In this document: piece after piece, positions 1 to 10,112 of the stretch
Layout: each line of letters opens with the position of its first letter
How positions within the stretch are numbered: the stretch's first letter is position 1
Virus record (IMG/VR): IMGVR_UViG_2894352420_000001
Span: 14,100 to 78,099 of that record
Origin: a virus
Taxonomy: Duplodnaviria > Caudoviricetes
Direction: 5' to 3' (one strand)
DNA: 64,000 nucleotides
The notes under the pieces: generated by a model
What the model was told of the DNA's origin: nothing
Seen by the model: only the letters and a program-made list of their open reading frames with translations
Database searches by the model: none
Position numbers and translations under genes: made by a program

Positions 1-3000
1 CCATACTTTTCTCTAAATCTTTGAATTTTTGAGAGAAAATAGAAGTAAATAAAAGTTTTGATGCCATATCGGCAATTACATCACCAACCGCCTTCCCGAA
101 TGCCAGTGCAGCGTCCGTTCCGTCGCGGAAGGATCCAACCAAAGCATCTCTAATACTGTCGCCTAACATTCCAGTCAACTCAGAAAGTCCTTCTAGTATT
201 TGAGTTTTTGATTTATCTAGCTCATCACTGTAAGAAATTGTAGTTTCAAGCAATTCTTTTGTTTTATCATCAACCTGACCTGTTGCGATAAGAGACTTTG
301 CCATAGCAACATTTAAGCTCTCCCATCCATCCACACCTTTTAATATAAGATCAGGATATTGTTCAAGTAGATTACCAAAAATATCTTTCTTTTTCTTAGC
401 AAAAAGCCCACTAATCGCCCCTACTGCACCGCCAATCACCGCTCCGACCGCTGCTGTTGCAACGCTAAATAAACCAACACCAACAATACCTCCAATGACA
501 GCACCTGCTGCGGCACCTGCTCCGGCTAACTGCCCAACAGACTTACCATCAACAACATTTTTTTGTCTTACTTTTGCTTGTCCATCATTTAGCCTGTCAA
601 TTGCTTCCTGATATTTTTTTTGAGCATCTTGATATTGAGCTACCCCGGCTTTAATTTTAGCCTCTATATCATTATTGAAAATACTATCTTTCCCTGCATA
701 TGATTGACCAATTTGCTGATTAAGTGCCAGTTGGTAATCATTTTCAAAACTAATACGTGCAAGAGCAAATGCCTTTTCCTCTTCATGACGCTTTTTTGAG
801 GCAGATACCAAAGCGCCGACAATTGTTATAACACCCTGAATTGCCGCAGCATACTGGTTCATGCTGGTAGTGCCATCCTTATTCGTGGCGAATGCCTGCT
901 TTATGTTTCCGTACTGCCCCGCTAATCCGGATAAAGCAGAACCAACGGAACCAATTCCGCCACCCATCTCCTGTAATACTTCGCTTAATTGCCCGATAGC
1001 ACCGGCAATCATATCCCATCTTTTTATACTTTTGGCTTTGTAATTTTCTTCAATATTTTGAAGAGTTTCCAGGTGCTGACGGTATTCTTCGGATTCTTTA
1101 TCCAGATTTTTAGTGAATTCGTCAAAATCTTTTCTTGCCTGAATAACTTTATCTCTGCTTATTTCATCATTTGAAAGCTTGGCTATTTTAGCAAATTCCT
1201 TGAATTCCTTAGATTTTTCAGCGACAAGAACATCCTGATCTTTATTAGCTTTTATTTCATCCTCATTGATCTGATTTAAAGCCTTGATGTAAGCTGCGCC
1301 TTTTTCTTTCCCGTAACGTTTTTCAAGTTCAATCCGCAGATCTTTAAACCGGTTTTCGATTTCAAGACGCTTTTGCTCGGATCCGGCAACTTCTAAAAGA
1401 TATTGTCGAAAATTGTCTTTTCTTTGTGCTGATGCTTCATTGAGTTGCTGCTGTGTGTTTTTACGCTTCAACACAGAATCAGGCGACATATCAGTTGTGC
1501 CTAACTCGGACTGAACAGCTTTCAGCCTTTCAATTTCATCTGTCAAAGAAGTCGCAGACGTCCTGATATCATCTAGCCTTTTCTGAAACTTTTCCAGCGG
1601 GGTTTCTGCACCGGTAACATCCGAATACTCAACCTTTAATTTCACTAACTTTTCCTGCTCCTGTCCGGTCAACGAATCAGGATGAAAAGATTCAAATTCG
1701 TTTATTTGTTGCTTCAAATATTCGGCATAAGATTTACCTTGCGAGATCAGTCCGTCGAATTGCTCATTAGCCGCTTTCGCTCCAAGATTATCAACCCAAA
1801 GCTGATACTGGACATAAATCTTCTTCTTTTCTTCTAATTCTTCATCGAATGAGATGACTGCCAATTTTTTTCGGGCGTTAGCCGCATTCTTTTCAGCATC
1901 GGCAAGTATTGCCTGTTGTTTAGCAATTTGGCCTGTGTTGCTAACCGGTGTCTTTTCAAGTATTTCTTTTGATTTGGAAACTATGTAATCCCAATACGCA
2001 GCAGATCCATAGGGGCCCGATTTATCTGCCTCTTTTGCAGCCGCTTTACTTTCCTTGGAAATAGCTCCGGTAATCCTCGCTTTTTGCTTTTCAAGGTTAT
2101 CAATATCCGCTTGAAGTTTCTTAAACTCTGTACTCGAAGATGCTGTTTGTTGAGCATCTTTTTTTGCTTTTATTTCTTCATCATAAGAAGCTACTGTTTT
2201 CTTGATAACCTTTTGTGTATTATCCGAAGACTTTAAACTAGCAGCGTCGGCGGACTGCAAAGCAGTTACACGTTCCAGGATTTTCTTTTGAAGTTCGCCT
2301 TCGCTTTGAACAATCTGTTTATTCGCTGCTATTGTATTCTGAGCCTGAATCTTAGCGAAATCAACTCCTGAAATAGCAGATCCAACCGCATTCCCGGCCG
2401 TCGCTGCCGCGCCAAGTATAGTTGATACAATTCCTGTATCCTTCTTGCCATTTTTAGCATCAAGTTGTCTTTGGATACTTTGATCAAGCTCGTTTTTAAG
2501 CGTATCTGTTTCAATTTGACGTTTCCTGGCTTCGATATATCCATTAATTACCTTCGTGCCCTCAGAGGTAGCAATATTTTCGAGCGTCAGCCCATTTAAG
2601 AGCTGTGGATGAATGGATATTAATTCTTTGAGCTTATTATTTCTGTCTTCACGGGAAGCATTTTCATTTTTTATCTGAGCAGTTAATACTTGAATCTTTG
2701 CATTTTCTCCGGACAATGATTGCGATACAACATTATTCACATCAGCTATTCGTTGCTGTGCTTTTTCTGCTTGTGTGGTAGTATCGCGGAATAAAGCAAC
2801 AGCAGTAATCAGTCCGACAAGTGCGGCTCCTGCTACAACGTAAGGATTTAAACCGGTAACTAAGTTGAATAATGCCTGAGCATCAGCAGCAGACTTAATT
2901 GTTCCGGCCAATTCAAAGAATAACTTAACAGGCCCAACGCTGGCAGCTATGGCTTGAACTGCGGCGGTCGCGACAATAGCAGCTTTATATGCTCCGTAGG

Positions 3001-3865
3001 TTGCAACAAGAACTTTCAGTACATCAAGTATTGGTTCGTAATTCTGAACAAGTGTAGTTGCGAATCCAATACCTGAAGCAAGAAGCCCTTCTTGACTTTT
3101 ACCAATATTATTAAATGCCTGCTCAACGGAATCCTCAAAGTTGGAATAGAGCCCGGTAAGGGATTTGCTTTGCTTCTCCATTAGGCCGGAGAACATACCA
3201 CCTGACTGGGTAAGCGTATTTATTGCTTTCTCAACTTCCGGGAATCCAACTTTTCCAGCTTCGACTAAATTTTTCACTTCAGATTCCGCAACTCCAAATT
3301 GATCAGACAAGAGCCTGATTAGAGGAATCCCTCGACCTACGAACTGATTTAAATCGGCAGAGAATAACCTGCCTTGTGTTCGGGTTGTACCATATAGATA
3401 AGTAAGATCATTTAAAGGAATAGAAAGTCCCGATGCGATATCACCAAGTTTTGTCATAGTCTTGGTAACATCTTCACTTGCCACACCATAAGCAAGAAGC
3501 TGCTTGGCTCCGGTTGCAACCTCTTTTAAATTAAATGGCGTTGTAGCAGCAAGCTTAACGACGTCTGCAAATAAGGCGTCCGACTTGGTTTTATTTCCAA
3601 GCATCGTCTCAAATGCAATTTCAAGCTGCTGAAATTCTCCCCGGACCTGTATTAATTTCTGAGGAAGTGTAGCAAGCTGAGTAAATGCAAATGCACCACC
3701 TGCAAGTGTCGCAAGTTTACCAAACGCATCATTGACTTTTGTTGACTCGGTCGCCGCAGTATTAGTAAGCGCACGAATACGATTTGACATATCTTCAATG
3801 GCCGCATTGAATTGAGAATTCAATATTGTAGCCTCAAAAGAAAGGGCACCGTTGTTATTATTCAT
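1..3865 (-). CDS. Tail tape measure protein (runs off the window, >1280 aa)
   Basis: ATG at 3865 (MNNNNGALSFEATI...). Tape-measure N-terminal motif QQLEIAFETMLG...AATTPFNLKEVATGAKQLLAYG...GRGIP; Ala/Gly/Lys-rich. Frame checked at both ends; not in the ORF track because no stop lies in the window. Confidence 0.9.
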   Translation of the reverse strand, partial: MNNNNGALSFEATILNSQFNAAIEDMSNRIRALTNTAATESTKVNDAFGKLATLAGGAFAFTQLATLPQKLIQVRGEFQQLEIAFETMLGNKTKSDALFADVVKLAATTPFNLKEVATGAKQLLAYGVASEDVTKTMTKLGDIASGLSIPLNDLTYLYGTTRTQGRLFSADLNQFVGRGIPLIRLLSDQFGVAESEVKNLVEAGKVGFPEVEKAINTLTQSGGMFSGLMEKQSKSLTGLYSNFEDSVEQAFNNIGKSQEGLLASGIGFATTLVQNYEPILDVLKVLVATYGAYKAAIVATAAVQAIAASVGPVKLFFELAGTIKSAADAQALFNLVTGLNPYVVAGAALVGLITAVALFRDTTTQAEKAQQRIADVNNVVSQSLSGENAKIQVLTAQIKNENASREDRNNKLKELISIHPQLLNGLTLENIATSEGTKVINGYIEARKRQIETDTLKNELDQSIQRQLDAKNGKKDTGIVSTILGAAATAGNAVGSAISGVDFAKIQAQNTIAANKQIVQSEGELQKKILERVTALQSADAASLKSSDNTQKVIKKTVASYDEEIKAKKDAQQTASSSTEFKKLQADIDNLEKQKARITGAISKESKAAAKEADKSGPYGSAAYWDYIVSKSKEILEKTPVSNTGQIAKQQAILADAEKNAANARKKLAVISFDEELEEKKKIYVQYQLWVDNLGAKAANEQFDGLISQGKSYAEYLKQQINEFESFHPDSLTGQEQEKLVKLKVEYSDVTGAETPLEKFQKRLDDIRTSATSLTDEIERLKAVQSELGTTDMSPDSVLKRKNTQQQLNEASAQRKDNFRQYLLEVAGSEQKRLEIENRFKDLRIELEKRYGKEKGAAYIKALNQINEDEIKANKDQDVLVAEKSKEFKEFAKIAKLSNDEISRDKVIQARKDFDEFTKNLDKESEEYRQHLETLQNIEENYKAKSIKRWDMIAGAIGQLSEVLQEMGGGIGSVGSALSGLAGQYGNIKQAFATNKDGTTSMNQYAAAIQGVITIVGALVSASKKRHEEEKAFALARISFENDYQLALNQQIGQSYAGKDSIFNNDIEAKIKAGVAQYQDAQKKYQEAIDRLNDGQAKVRQKNVVDGKSVGQLAGAGAAAGAVIGGIVGVGLFSVATAAVGAVIGGAVGAISGLFAKKKKDIFGNLLEQYPDLILKGVDGWESLNVAMAKSLIATGQVDDKTKELLETTISYSDELDKSKTQILEGLSELTGMLGDSIRDALVGSFRDGTDAALAFGKAVGDVIADMASKLLFTSIFSQKFKDLEKSM

Positions 3866-4176
3866 TACCTGGGGAGATTATTTTGGTAATTCATCAAAGA
3901 GTTAATTAGCCCATCATGAGAAACAGTCTTATCGGATTTTGAATTAGTGTCTTTATCACTTCCTGACTCGTATGAAGGCTGATCAATGAGCATGCGCATG
4001 ACAATGGCATATGGAATTTTCCAAAGAATATAATCCAGGGGCCATCCGAAATGTGCGCATATAGAACCGCGTGATCCATGAAGACTTTTTAGTCCTCGCT
4101 GTTTGTCTCTATCAGCTGCGGTTTTGTGGTCCTTGCTGTCCTGAGGTATCTGATAGAGTTGGTAAAATCCCCGTAA
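3865..4176 (-). CDS. Tail assembly chaperone 'T' frame (putative -1 frameshift extension of 4089-4586)
   Basis: The -1 frame is open from 4176 to a TAA overlapping the TMP ATG and has no upstream ATG (…GSICAHFGWPLDYILWKIPYAIVMRMLIDQPSY…); canonical G/GT position. Confidence 0.7.
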   Translation of the reverse strand, partial: LRGFYQLYQIPQDSKDHKTAADRDKQRGLKSLHGSRGSICAHFGWPLDYILWKIPYAIVMRMLIDQPSYESGSDKDTNSKSDKTVSHDGLINSLMNYQNNLPR

Positions 4177-4586
4177 TTAGCCATCGTATTGATGATGGTC
4201 GTTAACTGGAGTAACTGCTTCGGCGTGATTCTCATAAAGAAATAACCAGCAAGAAAATTTACCAGGAATGGATAAAATGGACTGTTATTTAGCCAGGCAA
4301 TGGCAACGATCTTTGCGCATCGATATGCGTGTGCTTTGGTTAAATTCTTTACTTCATGAAGCGGATTTATATTAATCAATTCTTCATCAAGATCAAGATT
4401 GATATACTCGCCACTGAGCCTGTCCATGACACCTAATGGAAAACTCGTAATGGTGAAAGATCTTGTTTTACTTTTACTAAACCAGCCCGTAAATCTTTTG
4501 GTCACAGTAAAGAACATACCATTGTTATTGATGATATCGAGTTCTTTTTTTTCCGCCAATAGCGGATCGAATTCTGTTTCTTCCAT
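4089..4586 (-). CDS. Tail assembly chaperone (G)
   Basis: Position between tail tube and TMP; overlapped by a -1 frame. Confidence 0.7.
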   Translation of the reverse strand: MEETEFDPLLAEKKELDIINNNGMFFTVTKRFTGWFSKSKTRSFTITSFPLGVMDRLSGEYINLDLDEELININPLHEVKNLTKAHAYRCAKIVAIAWLNNSPFYPFLVNFLAGYFFMRITPKQLLQLTTIINTMANYGDFTNSIRYLRTARTTKPQLIETNSED

Positions 4587-4595
4587 AGTGTGTAT

Positions 4596-4629
4596 TCAAA
4601 AAAAGCCTCGGCTAAGAGGCTTTTTTTTA
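4596..4629 (-). terminator. Rho-independent terminator/hairpin after the tail tube gene
   Basis: AAAAAGCCTC-ggctaa-GAGGCTTTTT with A and T tracts on the flanks. Confidence 0.7.
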
Positions 4630-4652
4630 TAATTTTAAGTGTGTTTTTTTGA

Positions 4653-5168
4653 TTAAGCTACCACTACTTCCGGCCCAAATTCCCAAGGCGATGTTAATGC
4701 CTTTGTTGGCTGCAAAACAGACAAAAGAACATCGACAAGATAAAGCCCATCTTTTTGTAGGTTGAAATTTGCTTTTGCTGAAAGTTGGGTACGGATTAGT
4801 GTAATAATCTTACCCTTCTTTGGGACGATCTTAACAGACTTTTCGATGGTTACAGCTTGCAATGGCGCTTTCCATATCTTATTTGCTTCGGTTGTCCCTG
4901 TTACAGTACCTCCAAACAATGCCACCATGTCATCGGATGTGACGTTCATTAAAGAAATCATCATGGTCAATGCACCTGGCGTTACGTCCTTATCCAATGG
5001 CTGATCCGATTGGATAGACATAAAGTCTTTGGTTGTTGCGTCAGCCTGGGTTAAGGCCGCAGTTGAATCGGCATATATTGCTCCGATTGAAGTGAAGGCG
5101 GTAGCAACCCCACCATCAACAGCGATGGTCCCAATCTGGACATCACTGGTACCTCTTGTTACTCCCAT
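4653..5168 (-). CDS. Major tail tube protein
   Basis: 171 aa, Thr/Ala/Gly-rich; position after the tail terminator and before the chaperones. Confidence 0.75.
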   Translation of the reverse strand: MGVTRGTSDVQIGTIAVDGGVATAFTSIGAIYADSTAALTQADATTKDFMSIQSDQPLDKDVTPGALTMMISLMNVTSDDMVALFGGTVTGTTEANKIWKAPLQAVTIEKSVKIVPKKGKIITLIRTQLSAKANFNLQKDGLYLVDVLLSVLQPTKALTSPWEFGPEVVVA

Positions 5169-5201
5169 TATAGTGTGTGTTTTAAATTTTAATGTGTGTG
5201 A

Positions 5202-5615
5202 TTATTCCAGATTTTCAAAAATGAAATTTATTCTGATATTCATATAGTGTTGATTAATCTCCGGTTGTCTGATTAATGCTGTGCTGGCGATATAAAGGCT
5301 AAAATCTGAACCATATATATTGTTAAGAATAGACTTTAAAATCTCAACAAGTGTTTGAAGCCTGGATTCATTGGGAACAAAAAATGGTTTATTTGCTGGT
5401 CCTTGCTGCAAATCGACAACATGAATATTGACATTAGAAACTCCTTTTTGAAGACTACCGTCACTTAATGCAATTGTATTGACAACGATATCCTCCAACT
5501 TTGAATCGGCCGGTCTCACACTTTTATAAATGCTACCGGTAATGGCATACGCAAGCGTGGGATCACTCTTTAAAATCTTAAATATCTCAGTTGACTGATC
5601 CAGCGCTGTTTTCAT
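5202..5615 (-). CDS. Tail terminator/completion protein
   Basis: Size and synteny in the head-tail module. Confidence 0.55.
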   Translation of the reverse strand: MKTALDQSTEIFKILKSDPTLAYAITGSIYKSVRPADSKLEDIVVNTIALSDGSLQKGVSNVNIHVVDLQQGPANKPFFVPNESRLQTLVEILKSILNNIYGSDFSLYIASTALIRQPEINQHYMNIRINFIFENLE

Positions 5616-6055
5616 TTCATTGCTTTAATTTTCGCTAACATCTTCGCTTTTAGTTTCGGGAATTCCGATGATGCAAGCATTTCAGCAGACGTTAACACAT
5701 CGTAACCCATCGATTCAACGGCTGCCGCATAATCCATTCCGGCCACTACGATCAAAGCATATCCTTTTCCGGCGCGAGATGACAGTTCATCAGCTAACTG
5801 TCTTCCGGTTGCCGCACCTAGCTTCGAATCAGGGAAATAGTGACTGTAAACAACTCCATTAACAATAAGTACATAACCGATCGATGCCCGAAGATTTCCT
5901 GTCTGATCCTTGTAAGTATCCAGCGACCTGGCATGATTTACAAGTTCTTCACCTAGCGCCTGAAGTTGAAGGATAATCGCGCGATTGATTCTCTGGTACC
6001 TCTTTTCAAGCTCTCTCCTGAAATCAGCCGCGGTAAACTTGGATTTTACACCCAT
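5612..6055 (-). CDS. HK97 gp10-like tail completion/neck protein
   Basis: Motif DQTGNLRASIGY…AGMDYAAAVE. Confidence 0.7.
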   Translation of the reverse strand: MGVKSKFTAADFRRELEKRYQRINRAIILQLQALGEELVNHARSLDTYKDQTGNLRASIGYVLIVNGVVYSHYFPDSKLGAATGRQLADELSSRAGKGYALIVVAGMDYAAAVESMGYDVLTSAEMLASSEFPKLKAKMLAKIKAMK

Positions 6056-6369
6056 AATTTTGAATTCAGCTGCTTGGTTTCAAATCGTTTCACAACACCT
6101 TCAAGCTTAATATGCCCTTCCAATTCCACTTTTATCTTTGTCCCTCGGGCAATTTCCGTTGTTCCCTCAGGCATAAGAATCAAATACTCATATACATAAG
6201 CATTTCCGTCCGTGACCGTTATGTAAGAACCATTTCCATTCTCCTTGCTTCTGCAAATACCAACTTTTACCCATTCAGCAGCTTGTGGAATCCAATTTCC
6301 ATCTGCATCCTGTCCGCCTGGACTTGTCTGGATATATTGAAACAATTCGTATGGATATTGAGCGAACAT
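6046..6369 (-). CDS. Head closure/head-tail adaptor (likely start MFAQYPY at 6369)
   Basis: Synteny; beta-rich protein of about 107 aa. Confidence 0.55.
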   Translation of the reverse strand: MFAQYPYELFQYIQTSPGGQDADGNWIPQAAEWVKVGICRSKENGNGSYITVTDGNAYVYEYLILMPEGTTEIARGTKIKVELEGHIKLEGVVKRFETKQLNSKLWV

Positions 6370-6370
6370 A

Positions 6371-6700
6371 TTACCAGAGATTTGAAGCGTTTCTGATTTT
6401 TGGACCGTTTCCAAACTGATCAATCAATTCTTTGCATCCACTCTGCTTTGCAAGGGAAAGTAAAGAACTTGCGAAACTGGAATCAGAATATTGAATCGTG
6501 AAACCATCTTCTGAAATTGACTTGACTCCTTTATCCGTTTGAATTTCATTAATTGCCAAACCATAGATCAAGCATTTGTTAGTAGGATAATATTCCTCGG
6601 AAGGATTTAATCCAATTAGTTCGGCAGCAATACTTAACCTTTCATCAGAAAGTTTTGCATTGCTGCCGATCAAATGCTTTATGAGCGCAAGGTTTGTCAT
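6371..6700 (-). CDS. Head-tail connector protein
   Basis: SISEDGFTIQYS motif resembles connector proteins; synteny. Confidence 0.55.
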   Translation of the reverse strand: MTNLALIKHLIGSNAKLSDERLSIAAELIGLNPSEEYYPTNKCLIYGLAINEIQTDKGVKSISEDGFTIQYSDSSFASSLLSLAKQSGCKELIDQFGNGPKIRNASNLW

Positions 6701-7032
6701 TCTGCTTCATTAGTTTTGGCGCCTTCATCGGCCGTTTGGCTTTTATCCTCCGCCTGTCCAGATCCAGAATTTGCTTCGGATCCTGAACTTTCTTCACCTT
6801 GATTATCGCCAGAATCCGCTTGTTCTTTATCAGAATCGGCTTTTGCTTTAATCTCGGTTTTCAAAGGAGGTTCCACTAACCCTCTTGAAACCAAACTTTC
6901 AAGTACACTTTTTTCAAGGTGACTGACATCGCTACCGACATAATGAATCTTATTAAAATCGGTGCGATCGCGGAATTCATCTTTAACAATGAAACCTTGG
7001 TTTTCAACAACATCCTTTTTCTTTCCTGCCAT
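6697..7032 (-). CDS. Hypothetical protein downstream of the capsid gene, with acidic low-complexity tail
   Basis: ORF track; coupled to neighbouring genes. Confidence 0.5.
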   Translation of the reverse strand: MAGKKKDVVENQGFIVKDEFRDRTDFNKIHYVGSDVSHLEKSVLESLVSRGLVEPPLKTEIKAKADSDKEQADSGDNQGEESSGSEANSGSGQAEDKSQTADEGAKTNEAE

Positions 7033-8114
7033 TACGCTTGAACAGTTTTAGTGTCAATCGTGTAAATCTGATCTACATTTGAAATCACCGGAAGTGATCT
7101 CGACTGAGAATTCGTATACTCAGCAAGTGAAGGACGGTTCGTTCTGAATTTCGACACCTGGATATAATTGTCCGCCTTTTCATAAGACACACCTGCAACC
7201 GGAGAGTTTTCCTCCGCTAAACGAGCATAGACCAAAGATCCAAGTACACCAGCCGGAGCAAGAACAACGCGACCTTCTGCCCATGGCTTGTAAGAAGATG
7301 TTTTTCCGTCGATTTGGTAACGAATTGAACGGTCTACCAGAACCACATCCAGACCAGTGATTGCCTTGAAAAGAGCGACAGCGGCATCTTGCCCAGGTGT
7401 GGGCTTAACTGTACCCAAATTACCAATAGATATAGCATAACGGTCTTTAAAGGCCGCACTATTCATCAGGTTTTTAAGTGCGAATTTATCAAGGTAAGCT
7501 ACCTGTGGTGAATTTCCGTCACCATTGGCTTTATCCTTTACTCTGTCGATATCGGCAAGAGGATCAGCAGTAGAAGGGCTTGACCAAAGGATGTTGGCAC
7601 CAAATTTGTTTTCGGCATAATACCCATAGTCTACGCGAATACCGGCGCCAACGTTTTCAGAAGCAATCTCTGCAACACCTTCAGAAAACCCACGAAGAAA
7701 TGTACCTTCATTCGTTTCGTACTGACCAGCAATAACAGCTTTGGTATGATTGAATAGATTTTTTACAATCTGCCCCTCAGTGCCGCCAATTGCAATGGTA
7801 GTTTGAATATCGGTCAGTTGTTGTTCGTTCAACCAACGCTCAATACCAACCTTTGGAATCTTACCGCCCATTGCACTTGTTCCGCCGGATGTTTTGGTCG
7901 GAACAGGTGAATCCAAAGCGATATAATCGGCTCTTACGAACTGATTTTGTTCAGAAACCGTATCCCACATACCAGTAACAGAGAAAACCTGCTCGGTTAA
8001 TTGCGTATGCAGATATGGTAGCGGGTTTTTAGTCCCGTTCAACTCCTGAACATATCTTAGGACTACCGGCTTGAACCATTTTTTAACGTAGTCCGGAAAT
8101 AATGACTGTTCCAT
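7032..8114 (-). CDS. Major capsid protein
   Basis: 360 aa following scaffold and decoration genes; resembles Bacteroidota prophage capsid-E-like proteins (IPKVGIERWLNE). Confidence 0.8.
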   Translation of the reverse strand: MEQSLFPDYVKKWFKPVVLRYVQELNGTKNPLPYLHTQLTEQVFSVTGMWDTVSEQNQFVRADYIALDSPVPTKTSGGTSAMGGKIPKVGIERWLNEQQLTDIQTTIAIGGTEGQIVKNLFNHTKAVIAGQYETNEGTFLRGFSEGVAEIASENVGAGIRVDYGYYAENKFGANILWSSPSTADPLADIDRVKDKANGDGNSPQVAYLDKFALKNLMNSAAFKDRYAISIGNLGTVKPTPGQDAAVALFKAITGLDVVLVDRSIRYQIDGKTSSYKPWAEGRVVLAPAGVLGSLVYARLAEENSPVAGVSYEKADNYIQVSKFRTNRPSLAEYTNSQSRSLPVISNVDQIYTIDTKTVQA

Positions 8115-8164
8115 TCTTTAAAATATAAAAGTGTGTGTGTGATTATATTGGCGATTTCAGCTTA

Positions 8165-8833
8165 TCAGGCTTGATCGCTTGTCCACCGTATACGGTTAGC
8201 CGTTGCTGTATTAAATGCAGCTTTGATGCTGGCAACCGCGAATGGTGAGGCTACTTCATTAACTGCTCCATGCACCAAAATACCAGCAAACGCAGCTGAT
8301 GCTTCGATGGTCGCAATCAGAATACCCACATATTCATGTCCCGAAGGAAGTGCCGTATAGGCAGATGCAGCTCCATCTGTTTCGGAAACAAAAACTGTAA
8401 AACCAGATCCGGCTGTGCCGATATTTGCAGCAGCAGCACTTAGACTATCGCCATATTTATACCCGGTTCCCGCAGTTGTTAAAGTCGCACTGATCACTGA
8501 GCCTCCTGCAACTACAATAGTCGCCTTTGCTCCACTTCCTGTCCCACCTGTAAGTGTTACATTGGAATAGGTACCAGCATTTACATACCCAGTGCCCGCA
8601 GTGATTGCACCCAGCTTCACAATTGCTCCGGCTATTGAAACCGGCATTGGCTTGTGATCAGCAGTTGTAGAATTTTTGATGATGACATGGCCTGCTTTTA
8701 AGACATGCAATGGATATCCATTAACGTCAAGGGATCGGCCACCCTTTAAACTTTCGAGCATTTCGACGATTACGATGTTATCGTTTTCAGTCGAATAATT
8801 TTTTCGATCGCGATTTAAACTTACTACGGACAT
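8165..8833 (-). CDS. Head decoration protein with internal Gly/Thr/Ala-rich insertion
   Basis: Between scaffold and MCP; N- and C-terminal decoration-like segments (GGRSLDV…; GILVHGAVN). Confidence 0.6.
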   Translation of the reverse strand: MSVVSLNRDRKNYSTENDNIVIVEMLESLKGGRSLDVNGYPLHVLKAGHVIIKNSTTADHKPMPVSIAGAIVKLGAITAGTGYVNAGTYSNVTLTGGTGSGAKATIVVAGGSVISATLTTAGTGYKYGDSLSAAAANIGTAGSGFTVFVSETDGAASAYTALPSGHEYVGILIATIEASAAFAGILVHGAVNEVASPFAVASIKAAFNTATANRIRWTSDQA

Positions 8834-8844
8834 GATTTCTGATT

Positions 8845-9537
8845 TTAAAGTGCACCAAAGATGCTATCAACCTCCTCCTTGGAGGCTTCTTTTCCAGCAC
8901 CACCTCCAACAGGAGTAAATGGACGACCGGATTGTCCCAAACCAAGATCTGAAAGCTTTTGAGACGCCTGGGAAATTTTTGCTTCCGTAGCAGTCACATA
9001 TTCTTGAAAAGCTTCATCTGTTTCAAATTTCGAAGGATCGAAATTATCAATGTATACATCCTTTAAAATAGGATTGAAGTCTTTCAGCTTCGTTTCAAAG
9101 ATTTGTTTCCTTGATTCGCTTGTTTTGCCCGATTCGATAGCTGCCAGTTTATCTGAAAGTAACTTGTTGGCCTCTAACTGCGCCTTGTTGCTTTCAATTA
9201 ACCCTTTTGCCCATTCCGGCACCTCATTGGAATCTTTTGATTTATCCTTGCCGTTTTCAGAACTGCCCCCGGCGGAAGATTCTTTTTCTTTTTTAGCTGC
9301 CTCCTCTTTTTCGTCTTCTTTTTCCTTATCCTTTGCAGCGATTTCAGCAGCAGCGATTCGGTTAATTTCGGACTGGAAAGCTTTTAACATTGCACCGACC
9401 CCGTCAACAGCCTCGTCGATTTCGGTTTCTTCTTTAACGCTTTTCTCGAGATATTCAAGAACCACATTAATTGCTTTCTGGCTGTACCCAAGTGATTTGT
9501 ACTTATTTACAAGCGCTAAGCGTAATTTCTCTTTCAT
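8845..9537 (-). CDS. Capsid scaffolding protein
   Basis: Charged coiled coil with C-terminal KEEVDSIF; first gene of the head operon. Confidence 0.7.
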   Translation of the reverse strand: MKEKLRLALVNKYKSLGYSQKAINVVLEYLEKSVKEETEIDEAVDGVGAMLKAFQSEINRIAAAEIAAKDKEKEDEKEEAAKKEKESSAGGSSENGKDKSKDSNEVPEWAKGLIESNKAQLEANKLLSDKLAAIESGKTSESRKQIFETKLKDFNPILKDVYIDNFDPSKFETDEAFQEYVTATEAKISQASQKLSDLGLGQSGRPFTPVGGGAGKEASKEEVDSIFGAL

Positions 9538-9569
9538 GAAGAATTTGATGTGTGTGTGTAGTGTCAGGA

Positions 9570-9622
9570 CAAAACTATAAATAATATTTTATACTTACAA
9601 TATAAATATATTTTTATCTTTG
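9570..9622. promoter_or_regulatory. Divergent Bacteroidota -7 promoters (TAGTTTTG minus 9570-9577; TATCTTTG plus 9615-9622) flanking a palindrome at 9591-9609
   Basis: Both match the TAnnTTTG consensus and face the two late operons. Confidence 0.65.
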
Positions 9623-9644
9623 TTGGGTAAAACACATACACACT

Positions 9645-10112
9645 ATGAAGAACTTAATTTTTGCTTTAATTGGAATACTATATCTGGGAAGTGCTCGTGC
9701 TCAGGTTACTGTAACCTTTCCTGCGGGAAATATTGCCAGCGAAGAATGGGTCAAATCTCTTGTCACCAAAAAGATAGATTCATTGTCAACGGTGCATTCG
9801 AATGGGACTAAAAATATTCCGGATTCAGTCGTTCCTTTGCCGAACTGTTTACGGGGGCCAACGATTCAATCGATTACCTTCGACACCATGACTGGAATTT
9901 CAATACTGTTTGACGGAAAGGATGTCTTTGGATTGGATTATCTTCTACTAGGGCCGATTTATGAAATCGTGACGAAAGGTTCTTTGAAGCCAACGAGTAA
10001 TATCATTAAGATAGGATATCAAAGCCTGCCCCCTGGGGACTACCACCTGACGGTAACTGCAAATACCTGCACCGGGAAAGATTCAAAAGACTTTACCATT
10101 AAGAAAAAATGA
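9645..10112 (+). CDS. Secreted protein: signal peptide, A(S/T)xEWV motif and one Cys-flanked Ig-like module
   Basis: Signal ending SARA|Q; shares modules with the next two genes. Confidence 0.6.
   Translation: MKNLIFALIGILYLGSARAQVTVTFPAGNIASEEWVKSLVTKKIDSLSTVHSNGTKNIPDSVVPLPNCLRGPTIQSITFDTMTGISILFDGKDVFGLDYLLLGPIYEIVTKGSLKPTSNIIKIGYQSLPPGDYHLTVTANTCTGKDSKDFTIKKK

Noticed and set aside
9050-9580. Plus-strand 176-aa ORF and similar antisense ORFs (861-1174, 4399-5247, 28346-28929, 31692-32075, 39788-40194, 42464-43232)
   Set aside because: Shadow frames of well-supported genes on the opposite strand or frame; no recognisable motifs
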